This document shows positions 1 through 7,877 of a stretch of DNA of 64,000 bases, in pieces. A program made the translations under genes and the position numbers. Origin of the DNA: Escherichia phage vB_EcoP_PhAPEC5; the sequence record NC_024786.1; one strand, written 5' to 3'. The notes below the pieces were generated by a model, which saw only the letters and a program-made list of their open reading frames with translations, was not told the DNA's origin and searched no databases. Every line of letters starts with the position of its first letter. Position 1 is the stretch's first letter.

Positions 1-30
1 TTAGTTATCTATCACGGTGTTCGTGACCTG

Positions 31-702
31 TTGTATAAACGCTCTGCTAAAAACCCTGCTGAAGAAGGATTCTGGCCTAACAACATCGTGGATATGCAGT
101 CAGTCACCATTGACATGAAAGCTACTCCACGACTGACTGTTGCTACCAAACTGCCTCGTGTAGTCTCCACCATCGAAGGTGAAGATATTAACTGGCATAT
201 TGATGTAGCAGGTGGTAAAGCACCATTTACTTATAAGTGGCAATTCAAAGCTGATACTGCTGGTGCAGTATTCGCTGATATTGACTCTGGTAGTAATGCA
301 TCCGCTGCTACTGCAACATTAACCCTTAACAACGTAACAGCTGCTTCTGCTGGTACTTATAAAGTGATTGTTACTGATGCTAATGGAACCACGGTAGAAG
401 ATACCTCACTGCTGGCTGTAGGTTACTACGAAGCAAGCTCACTGGTAGCTACTCCTGCTTCACTGGCTCTGTCTGTTGCTACTGATACTGCTGCTGGTAA
501 GACTGTAACCATTGTTGCTATGCCTGTTGGTTCATCTGCTGGTACTTTGTCTATCAAGACTGCTCCAGATTCTGCCCGTGCTACAGCTACCATTGCTGGT
601 AGCGTACTGACAGTTAAACCTGTGGCTGCTGGTGAAGCTACTTCTGTAGTAGTTACCAACGGTACTGTAGATGTAACCATCGCTATTACTGTTGCAGAGT
701 AA
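31..702 (+). CDS. Ig-like repeat protein, probable capsid decoration protein (N4 gp17-like); true N-terminus may lie upstream of the window
   Basis: Long Thr/Ala/Val-rich ORF with beta-sandwich-like repeats (e.g. TVKPVAAGEATSVVVTNGTVDVTIAITV); frame begins near the window edge; followed by a rho-independent terminator. Confidence 0.45.
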   Translation: MYKRSAKNPAEEGFWPNNIVDMQSVTIDMKATPRLTVATKLPRVVSTIEGEDINWHIDVAGGKAPFTYKWQFKADTAGAVFADIDSGSNASAATATLTLNNVTAASAGTYKVIVTDANGTTVEDTSLLAVGYYEASSLVATPASLALSVATDTAAGKTVTIVAMPVGSSAGTLSIKTAPDSARATATIAGSVLTVKPVAAGEATSVVVTNGTVDVTIAITVAE

Positions 703-752
703 GAGTATTCCTTATTTGGGGTTATAAACCCTGAAAGGAAACCCTCAAGTTT

Positions 753-782
753 GACCTCCCTATTGAAGGGAGGTCTTTTTTT
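753..782 (+). terminator. Rho-independent terminator
   Basis: Stem GACCTCCC / GGGAGGTC with loop TATTGAA followed by a T7 run. Confidence 0.75.
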
Positions 783-807
783 GACTTAAACAAACTGGAG
801 CCAGGAA

Positions 808-996
808 ATGTATAAAGAGATTGCAGTATTCTCGTTCATATTAGGTGGGTTCTTTGGTGCAGGATTTGTAGGTATTTCTAATACCTACTTTGGTTCTACT
901 CCAAATACTGTAACGCAAACCCTCAAGCATGAATGTGAATTGAATATCCCTCGTAATCAAAACTGCGTAATGCAGTTCGTACCGGAGAAGAAATGA
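808..996 (+). CDS. small hydrophobic protein (hypothetical)
   Basis: ATG start with GGAG RBS upstream; Gly/Phe-rich hydrophobic N-terminus. Confidence 0.3.
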   Translation: MYKEIAVFSFILGGFFGAGFVGISNTYFGSTPNTVTQTLKHECELNIPRNQNCVMQFVPEKK

Positions 997-1178
997 AACT
1001 TACCCAGTCCCAAGCAATCTTCCTTCGCATGGTTCATGGTGGTTCTGCCACCAGCAACCGTAATAACAAAACCGCACAGTCTCTTAAGAAGCTGGGCTTA
1101 GTACAGTTCAATACTGGTCTTGGGTGGTCATTAACCCCTACCGGAGTACTTCAACTCAACGAATTAAAAGGTAACTAA
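993..1178 (+). CDS. hypothetical protein
   Basis: ATG overlapping upstream stop (ATGA); basic 61-aa ORF. Confidence 0.3.
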   Translation: MKLTQSQAIFLRMVHGGSATSNRNNKTAQSLKKLGLVQFNTGLGWSLTPTGVLQLNELKGN

Positions 1179-1505
1179 ATGAAAACTTTAATTGCTGTTG
1201 CTGTAGTAGCTTTATCAGTTATGTCATTCGGTGCTCAAGCATCTAGTCGTGCAACCTTGCTGGAAGCTGCTGCTGATTACAAAGCTAATAATACAAACTT
1301 TGTGAACCAGGGTTACTTCATGGGCATGGTTACCATGGGGGTGGAAGCAGGAAAGAACTGTGTACCTGACGATATGAAGTTGGGGCACATTTTTGACAGA
1401 GTGGCTTCTATTATTCTGTATGACCGAAAGGTTAATGCAATGAAAGTACCGTCAGACATGGTTCTGTTAGCGATTGATACAGCGTATCCCTGCGTTAAAT
1501 CTTAA
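1179..1505 (+). CDS. secreted/periplasmic protein with N-terminal signal peptide (hypothetical)
   Basis: N-terminus MKTLIAVAVVALSVMSFGAQASS resembles a Sec signal peptide with AxA cleavage site; two Cys in the mature part. Confidence 0.45.
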   Translation: MKTLIAVAVVALSVMSFGAQASSRATLLEAAADYKANNTNFVNQGYFMGMVTMGVEAGKNCVPDDMKLGHIFDRVASIILYDRKVNAMKVPSDMVLLAIDTAYPCVKS

Positions 1506-1539
1506 TTAGTAATTCCATTAACTTTAGGAGAGTAAGTAA

Positions 1540-2592
1540 ATGGCGAGCATTGACTCCTTGACTGTATGTAATACACGCCAAGCCCGTAATTTTATTATCC
1601 GTGCCCTGCAAGCAGGTAACGTACCGTTCCTGACTTCATCACCAGGCATGGGTAAATCTGCAATTATCCGTTCTGTTGCAGAAGAATTTGGCATGAAGCT
1701 GATTGACCATCGTCTGTCTACTTCTGCCCCGGAAGACCTGTCTGGTCTACCATTCCGTAATGGTGACCGTGCAGAATTTATCCCATTCGCTGACTTATTC
1801 CCTATCGAGGGAGATGAAGTACCGGAAGGTTATAATGGCTGGCTCCTGTTCCTTGATGAGTTCAACTCAGCTAAGAAAGAAGTAGTAGCTGCAGCATACA
1901 AACTGATTTTAGACCGCATGACTGGACAGAAGAAACTTCACCCTAATGTGATGATTATCTGTGCCGGTAACAAAGCTACTGACCGTGCCATCGTTAACCC
2001 ACTGGGTACTGCAATGCAGTCCCGTGTTGTCCACTTCGAAATGGAACTTAACTTCGACATCTTTGTTGAAGACGTGATGATTCCACAAGAATGGGATGAG
2101 CGTCTGGTTGCATTCTTACATGCTAACCCTGGCTATCTGCACGACTTCGATCCTGCCCATAAGAACAAAACGTTCTGTTGTCCTCGTACCTGGGACTTTG
2201 TTAACAAAGACCTCAAGAACCAACCAGAAGGTGCTCTGCCTGATGAAGATTCCCTATACTACAGTGGTTTTGTTACACCAGGTAAGGCCGTAGAGTTTGT
2301 TCAGTTCACTCAGGTATACAATCGTATGATTACGATTGAGAAGGTAGTCAAAGACCCTTTAGGCTGTGCACTACCGGAAGATAATAACCTGTGTTGGGCT
2401 ACCGTTAACCATCTGGCTAACAAGACCACTGAAGATAACTTCGCTGATGTTCTTCAGTACATTGAACGCTTTAAAACGTTCACCCATAAGATTCTGTACT
2501 TCCGTACAGTAGGCAAAGCATTACCAGAAATTCAGGCTACCCCCGAATGGCGTAAGGCTGCTGCCAATATCTCTCGTTACATTCACGGGTAA
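1540..2592 (+). CDS. MoxR-like AAA+ ATPase
   Basis: Walker A SSPGMGKSAI, Walker B LLFLDEFNSA, sensor/arginine region; strong AGGAG RBS; immediately followed by a VWA-domain partner. Confidence 0.8.
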   Translation: MASIDSLTVCNTRQARNFIIRALQAGNVPFLTSSPGMGKSAIIRSVAEEFGMKLIDHRLSTSAPEDLSGLPFRNGDRAEFIPFADLFPIEGDEVPEGYNGWLLFLDEFNSAKKEVVAAAYKLILDRMTGQKKLHPNVMIICAGNKATDRAIVNPLGTAMQSRVVHFEMELNFDIFVEDVMIPQEWDERLVAFLHANPGYLHDFDPAHKNKTFCCPRTWDFVNKDLKNQPEGALPDEDSLYYSGFVTPGKAVEFVQFTQVYNRMITIEKVVKDPLGCALPEDNNLCWATVNHLANKTTEDNFADVLQYIERFKTFTHKILYFRTVGKALPEIQATPEWRKAAANISRYIHG

Positions 2593-2599
2593 TCACATC

Positions 2600-3775
2600 A
2601 TGAACCAGATACCTCAGCACACACTTAGCGATGAACAACTCATGCGTGAGTATGACCGTATACAAGCGCAGGCATTTTTAGGCCGCAGTGCAGCGTTTTT
2701 TGGTTCATTGCTGTGTAGTCTTAAGTTCTCATGGAAACGTGAAGACTGTCCCACTGCATGTACTGACGGGATAGAACTCCATTTCAACCCAGACTTCTTT
2801 ATCTGGATGTGCCCTGATGCGAGAGAAACAGTGCTAATGCACGAACTCTGGCATGTGGCATATCTACATGGCATCCGCTGTGGAAGCCGTGACCCGGAAA
2901 TCTGGAACCAGGCATGTGACCACTTCATTAACCTTCAGTTAGAAGAAGACGGTTACAAGTTCACTGGTATCGACAAAGGCATTTGCAAAGACCCTCAATA
3001 TAAAGGATGGGTTGAAGAAGACATCTACGATGACCTGATGAAGAACCCTCAGAAAAGGCAGAAGCCGTCAGGGGGTGCTGGAGCAGGTCTTGCTGGCGAC
3101 ATGAAAGCTCCCTCTTCGGGGCAGTCCCAGGGTGCTGTTGTCAACAACGTAGTACGTGCAATGCAAAGCCAGAAGATGGCTGGTGGAATAATGCCAGGTA
3201 AAGGTGCTGGTCGTATGGAAGAGGTTATTACCCAATTCCTTAAACCAGTGGTTCCATGGCAGGAAGTCCTTATGGACTTCTTCACTGACATTGATGACTC
3301 ACGCTATACGTGGGCCAGACCTAACCGTCGTTTCACTGACATCTATCTACCGTCATTGGAAGATGATGAAGGACGTTTACGACACCTAGCTTACTTTGAG
3401 GATGTATCTGGTTCTATTAGTAGTTCTGACTCTCTGCGTTTTAACTCAGAGGTTGCCTACGTTAAAAGCCAGTTCAATCCTAAGAAGATGACCCTTATTA
3501 CCTTCGACGATATTATCCAAGAAGAAATAGACATCACTGAAGAAGATACCTTTGAAGAGATTAAGATTACTGGTCGTGGTGGTACAAACCTTGAACCAGT
3601 GCGTGAATGGATTATTGAGAATAAGCCAACCGCTGCAATCATATTCTCCGATATGTATGTTCGTCCTATGGAAGAGTTACCATTTGATATCCCTATCATC
3701 TGGTGTGTTCTGAATAATCCTAATGCTACCGTACCTTTTGGGGAGGTAGTTCATATCCCTAAAGGAATGAAATGA
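2600..3775 (+). CDS. VWA-domain protein with N-terminal HExxH metallopeptidase-like domain (partner of the MoxR ATPase)
   Basis: HELWH motif in N-terminal half; MIDAS-type DxSGS motif (FEDVSGSISSSD) in C-terminal half; gene order matches MoxR-VWA pairs. Confidence 0.55.
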   Translation: MNQIPQHTLSDEQLMREYDRIQAQAFLGRSAAFFGSLLCSLKFSWKREDCPTACTDGIELHFNPDFFIWMCPDARETVLMHELWHVAYLHGIRCGSRDPEIWNQACDHFINLQLEEDGYKFTGIDKGICKDPQYKGWVEEDIYDDLMKNPQKRQKPSGGAGAGLAGDMKAPSSGQSQGAVVNNVVRAMQSQKMAGGIMPGKGAGRMEEVITQFLKPVVPWQEVLMDFFTDIDDSRYTWARPNRRFTDIYLPSLEDDEGRLRHLAYFEDVSGSISSSDSLRFNSEVAYVKSQFNPKKMTLITFDDIIQEEIDITEEDTFEEIKITGRGGTNLEPVREWIIENKPTAAIIFSDMYVRPMEELPFDIPIIWCVLNNPNATVPFGEVVHIPKGMK

Positions 3776-4224
3776 TTATTAACCGCAGTCGTTTATTAGA
3801 GCTGGCTCCTATAAAGAACATGGTGGACTCTAAGCAAACCAGTAATGGTTTCTCTTGGGGTCTTACAGAATGCGGATACGATATTCGTATTAAGCAGGAT
3901 GTGACCATGTTCTTGGGGCGACGATTCGTACTAGCGTCAGCCATAGAAGAGTTCGACGTCCCACCAAACCTTATGGGCCGTGTACTTAATAAGAGTACAT
4001 GGGCCAGAAAGGGGATTGATGCAAGCATGACAACCAATATCGAACCGGGGTGGAAAGGTTTCCTTACCCTTGAGCTTCGTTATTCGGGTATTTTGCCTGT
4101 TAAAATAAAAGCTGGTACTGGCATAGCTCAGGTTATCTTCGAAGAGATAGCAGAGCATTGTCGTTATGAAGGTAAGTACCAGTGTCAACCAAACAAACCA
4201 GTAGCTGCTAGACCTTCAAAATAA
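3772..4224 (+). CDS. dCTP deaminase/dUTPase-fold protein (putative)
   Basis: ATGA overlap with upstream gene; motif GFSWGLTECGYDIRI resembles the dUTPase/dCTP-deaminase Gly-rich/DLR region. Confidence 0.45.
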   Translation: MIINRSRLLELAPIKNMVDSKQTSNGFSWGLTECGYDIRIKQDVTMFLGRRFVLASAIEEFDVPPNLMGRVLNKSTWARKGIDASMTTNIEPGWKGFLTLELRYSGILPVKIKAGTGIAQVIFEEIAEHCRYEGKYQCQPNKPVAARPSK

Positions 4225-4254
4225 AAGGCTATCCAGCTTAACCAAGGAAATAAC

Positions 4255-4458
4255 ATGTCAGTATTCACTACTAAAGCAAATGGTCAGAAAGTAACTGTTA
4301 TAGCTGCAAACGTAGCATTCGTAACAGATAATGGTGGTCAAGCATGTATCACTTTTAACAATGGTGATGTACTTCAAACTGAAGTAGGTTACGACTCTGT
4401 TCGTAAGAACGTAGCTAAGGCACTGTCTGGGGCTAAGCCTAAGGCAGAAGCCGAGTAA
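4255..4458 (+). CDS. hypothetical protein
   Basis: ATG with AAGGA RBS; 67-aa ORF. Confidence 0.35.
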   Translation: MSVFTTKANGQKVTVIAANVAFVTDNGGQACITFNNGDVLQTEVGYDSVRKNVAKALSGAKPKAEAE

Positions 4459-4531
4459 GTAGCTGCCTAAATAGCCCAGCATAGTTGGGCTATTTGTGAA
4501 GAAACTAACTCAACCCCACATAGGAACCATC

Positions 4532-4792
4532 ATGGAATCTTTAGCAGCAATCCTCATTCTGTTATTTGCACTAGCTGTATACCTTATCCCTACTATTATT
4601 GCTTTTGCACGAGGCCATGCCTCTAAGTGGGGCATTGGTGTACTCAATATCGTATTAGGCTGGTCTTTAGTCTTCTGGGTAGTAGCACTGATTTGGGCAC
4701 TGTCTAACAAAGGGCAGTCTCAGACTACAATCGTTAACGTTGGTAGTGGGAACCAGTACAACGTGTCTCAAACGAGTCAGTCTGATAAGTAA
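4532..4792 (+). CDS. Imm-like superinfection immunity membrane protein (putative)
   Basis: Two TM segments with motif PTIIAFARGHASKWGIGVLNIVLGWSLVFWVVALIWAL, resembling the T4 Imm family; tracked ORF starts at GTG 4496, ATG 4532 with AGGA RBS preferred. Confidence 0.5.
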   Translation: MESLAAILILLFALAVYLIPTIIAFARGHASKWGIGVLNIVLGWSLVFWVVALIWALSNKGQSQTTIVNVGSGNQYNVSQTSQSDK

Positions 4793-4867
4793 CTAACCTA
4801 AGCATCATTGCATAGTGGTGCTTGTGGAAGTTACTTCCAGCTCATTGCTTATCCATCTCCTAATCCA

Positions 4868-4895
4868 AGCCCACCTAACCCGTGGGCTTTTTTAA
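4868..4895 (+). terminator. Rho-independent terminator
   Basis: Stem AGCCCAC / GTGGGCT, loop CTAACCC, followed by TTTTTTAATT; lies inside the tracked ORF 4808-5296, arguing for the downstream ATG 4910 as true start. Confidence 0.65.
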
Positions 4896-4909
4896 TTACA
4901 GGTACTCTT

Positions 4910-5296
4910 ATGTCAAACAGACAAAATGGTAAGTCTATCTTATATGGACTGGACTTAAGTAAACTGGAACAAACTGCAATGCTTACTTTAGGTAAAACTA
5001 TACATGACCAAGTAGAAGAGAATGGAATTGGTCCTGATGTTTATGCAGCAATGCAAGCTGCTATTCAGAAAGGATGGACTAGTAGATCATTTAATGTTTT
5101 CCCATACATCCCTCCTGAGCCTCATCTGAAATCTAAGGTAGACAGAATTATAGATAAGTTCTGGCTTAGCCCGTGTTATAACGACATGCATCTTTACCTG
5201 GCTCAAATACAAAAGAATACCCGTACTGAGGATGTGTTTAAAGGTAAGAGCACTACCCATCATTACCCTTGGTATAGAAGAGGTAGTAAATACTAA
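4910..5296 (+). CDS. hypothetical protein
   Basis: ATG downstream of terminator; tracked ORF begins with TTG at 4808. Confidence 0.4.
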   Translation: MSNRQNGKSILYGLDLSKLEQTAMLTLGKTIHDQVEENGIGPDVYAAMQAAIQKGWTSRSFNVFPYIPPEPHLKSKVDRIIDKFWLSPCYNDMHLYLAQIQKNTRTEDVFKGKSTTHHYPWYRRGSKY

Positions 5297-5739
5297 TGCG
5301 TATCCCATTTCTAAGAAAAAGAGAACGAAATCCTGTTCTTTATAATAAAGGCATAGAGGATGAGTATGAACTCAACCGTAAAGCCCGTTCCTACGCAACA
5401 AAATTGTTTATGGGGACTAATACCCCTGATAGATTACTGGACTTTGTTTTCGAACAAGTCTTTATCATATACAGCTTAGCTATGTCTGCTGGTTCACAAG
5501 AAGTAAGTGATAAGGCAAGAGATGCTCTCTGTATGCTCCGTAGGGAGTATGAAGCCCTCATGTATGTAGACTTATACTCCTTTAAAAAAGAAACCGCTGT
5601 AGCGTGTTCTGTGGCTCTTACTGAAGGTATAGCAGTATTACAGGAACTACCTCGTAGTGAGTTTAAACTGGTATATGTTCAGGCCAAGAGGATTACAGAA
5701 AGCCGTAGTGGTATTACCAACTATCTAAGGTCATTCTAA
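5296..5739 (+). CDS. hypothetical protein
   Basis: ATG start; 147-aa ORF, 1-nt overlap with next gene. Confidence 0.4.
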   Translation: MRIPFLRKRERNPVLYNKGIEDEYELNRKARSYATKLFMGTNTPDRLLDFVFEQVFIIYSLAMSAGSQEVSDKARDALCMLRREYEALMYVDLYSFKKETAVACSVALTEGIAVLQELPRSEFKLVYVQAKRITESRSGITNYLRSF

Positions 5740-6683
5740 TGATTAAGGCAACTGTCATTGCAGATTCCGTTCATCATGCAACTGGTACTCGTATTACCAC
5801 CTTTGAATTGGTTTACCCCCGATTCATTCATAGTGAGTTTATGACCCACCGTGTATTCAACCGCAATGCCTCAAGTAGTCGTGCTATCCCTACCTCTAAG
5901 TTCATTGAACAGGTTCGTAATGAACCAGTGATGCCAAGTCACTGGGGCAAGAACCAGAAAGGTATGCAAGCAGATGAAGAACTCACTCCTATGGAGATTG
6001 AGGATGCTAAGTTTATCTGGGATAACGCTGCATCTTCTGCTGCTGTATATGCTGAACAACTACGTCGTGGACAAGTACATAAGCAGATTGTTAACCGTAT
6101 TCTGGAACCATTCACGCATATCCGTGTGGTGGTAACTTCAACTAGCTGGGCTAACTTCTATGGCTTACGTGACCATGAAGACGCCCAACCAGAGATTCGT
6201 GAACTGGCTCAAGCAATGCGTAAGGCTCATAATGAAAGTGTTCCAACAAAACTCATGCAAGGGCATTGGCATATGCCGTATATCACTGATAATGATCTTT
6301 ATGTTGCTTACGATTTCTGCAAACATCAGCGAATTACTCGTGATGAACCAAGTAGTGAAGAAGTGTATGGCTTACTTCTTAAAGTAAGTGCTGCTCGCTG
6401 TGCTCGTGCTTCTTACAACAATTTCGAAGGTCGTCCTTCTACTATTGAAGAAGACTTAGGATTGTTTGCTAAGTTAGTTGAGAACCAACCTATTCATGCA
6501 TCCCCTACTGAACACCAGGCAACTCCTATGCTGTTCGGTGATAAGTTCATTAACAACCAAAACCCATTAACCTGGGAACAGGGTGTTACTTCAATGGATC
6601 GTGAAGGTAAGCTGTATTCAGGCAACTTACTGGATTTCATCCAATTCCGTAAACTAATCCCTGGTGAAACCATTACAGAATAA
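5739..6683 (+). CDS. ThyX-like flavin-dependent thymidylate synthase (putative)
   Basis: Motif SEFMTHRVFNRNASSSRAIP resembles the ThyX RHRx7S signature (first Arg replaced by Thr). Confidence 0.4.
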   Translation: MIKATVIADSVHHATGTRITTFELVYPRFIHSEFMTHRVFNRNASSSRAIPTSKFIEQVRNEPVMPSHWGKNQKGMQADEELTPMEIEDAKFIWDNAASSAAVYAEQLRRGQVHKQIVNRILEPFTHIRVVVTSTSWANFYGLRDHEDAQPEIRELAQAMRKAHNESVPTKLMQGHWHMPYITDNDLYVAYDFCKHQRITRDEPSSEEVYGLLLKVSAARCARASYNNFEGRPSTIEEDLGLFAKLVENQPIHASPTEHQATPMLFGDKFINNQNPLTWEQGVTSMDREGKLYSGNLLDFIQFRKLIPGETITE

Positions 6684-6823
6684 GGTAATTAAATGTCTCA
6701 AGAAGATGCACTGTTTATTATCCGTAATTTCCTAGATGCAAATTGGGAACAGTTTTCTGAGTTCTGTGAAGAACTAGGAGAATCTGCTGAGGAAACTTAT
6801 GAAGCAACTAGTGGGTAATCAAA

Positions 6824-7060
6824 ATGAAACGTTTAGCTATCCAAGCAATGATTATAAGTATCATCCTGGTTCTGGAGTTTGTATTTGCACTACATGGTGC
6901 ACAGAGCCTGGAAGAGATGTTCTTCGTAGTGGCCCGTTACTCTGCTTGTTCTATTGGCTTATGGTGTGTGTATTACTATACACGCGATTATGTAGCCATT
7001 AAGGAACATGATGATGCTAAGGAACGTCTACGACAATTCGTAGAAGAGAATCGTAAGTAA
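6824..7060 (+). CDS. small membrane protein (hypothetical)
   Basis: ATG start; hydrophobic N-terminal segment IISIILVLEFVFAL then charged tail; ends just before a terminator. Confidence 0.35.
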   Translation: MKRLAIQAMIISIILVLEFVFALHGAQSLEEMFFVVARYSACSIGLWCVYYYTRDYVAIKEHDDAKERLRQFVEENRK

Positions 7061-7065
7061 ACCTA

Positions 7066-7092
7066 AGACCTCCTCCGGGAGGTCTTTTTTTG
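7066..7092 (+). terminator. Rho-independent terminator
   Basis: Stem GACCTCC / GGAGGTC followed by TTTTTTTGA; near-identical stem and tail to the terminator at 753-782. Confidence 0.75.
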
Positions 7093-7119
7093 ATTATATT
7101 AACTCTTTTAGGAGGGCAT

Positions 7120-7347
7120 ATGCCTGCTAAATACCGTATCAAAGACACACCAGTACTCGGTGGGGCTGCCGATGAATATACTAAACAGGGAGACATTGTT
7201 TATCAATGCACTAAACATGATTACGGCTGTGCCAGTGATGATACTCGTGCAACAGGTTTTATGCATATATCCGTAACACTTGACCCTACTGGCGATTACC
7301 CATTCTTTACTATCCCTGTCCATAACCTGGAGCAAATCCATGATTAA
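7120..7347 (+). CDS. hypothetical protein
   Basis: ATG 7120 preceded by AGGAGG RBS (7110-7115); tracked ORF starts at TTG 7090. Confidence 0.4.
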   Translation: MPAKYRIKDTPVLGGAADEYTKQGDIVYQCTKHDYGCASDDTRATGFMHISVTLDPTGDYPFFTIPVHNLEQIHD

Positions 7348-7666
7348 CCCTGAAGTTATTCATAGTAAAACTGGTAAGGCTGTTCCACTTAGCGATATTG
7401 CAGTTACCGGTGATATTGCTGCTTGTCCAGCTAACATCGCTTCCCTGTGTATGTGCATTGCTGCACTAGCAGAGGAACGTAAATTATGGCTGGAACCAAG
7501 CAAAGAGATGATTCAGGCTGGTTTGGCAGAAGTACAAAGAACCGTAGACCAGTGGCATGAAGAGTCATTCGCTGGCTTATGTATGCCAGAAGATTTAACT
7601 GATGATATGGCATCAGATATGGCTGTATTCGTCCTTCAAGCAATGGCAGGTAAACGCAATGGCTAA
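7340..7666 (+). CDS. hypothetical protein
   Basis: ATG 7340 overlapping upstream stop; Cys-containing 108-aa ORF. Confidence 0.35.
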   Translation: MINPEVIHSKTGKAVPLSDIAVTGDIAACPANIASLCMCIAALAEERKLWLEPSKEMIQAGLAEVQRTVDQWHEESFAGLCMPEDLTDDMASDMAVFVLQAMAGKRNG

Positions 7667-7850
7667 TGTAAACATCGCCTCAGAGAAAACGTATAGCATT
7701 CAGATTAATGGCTTAACCGAATATCAGGTCTTATTCCTAATGAATGCTTTTCAAAACAGTCCAGTGGGTCACCATCCTAATGATGAACCACGGGAAGAAG
7801 CTGAACTTCGTAAAGCTATTTTTGATAAGTGTAAACAAGTACTACTTTAA
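7659..7850 (+). CDS. hypothetical protein
   Basis: ATG 7659 overlapping upstream stop codon; 63 aa. Confidence 0.3.
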   Translation: MANVNIASEKTYSIQINGLTEYQVLFLMNAFQNSPVGHHPNDEPREEAELRKAIFDKCKQVLL

Positions 7851-7877
7851 GCAACATTTAAACTGGAGAGTAAATAA

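Noticed and set aside
4470-4496. Hairpin AATAGCCCA-GCATAGT-TGGGCTATT after ORF 4255-4458 as a terminator
   Set aside because: A 9-bp stem is present but the downstream tail (TGTGAAG) is not U-rich; it may be an attenuator or RNA-stability element rather than a canonical terminator.
6799-7002. ORF 6799-7002 (67 aa, Cys-rich) overlapping 6824-7060 in another frame
   Set aside because: The overlapping 6824-7060 frame has an ATG start, a TM-like segment and ends at a terminator; the Cys/Trp-rich translation looks like an out-of-frame artefact.
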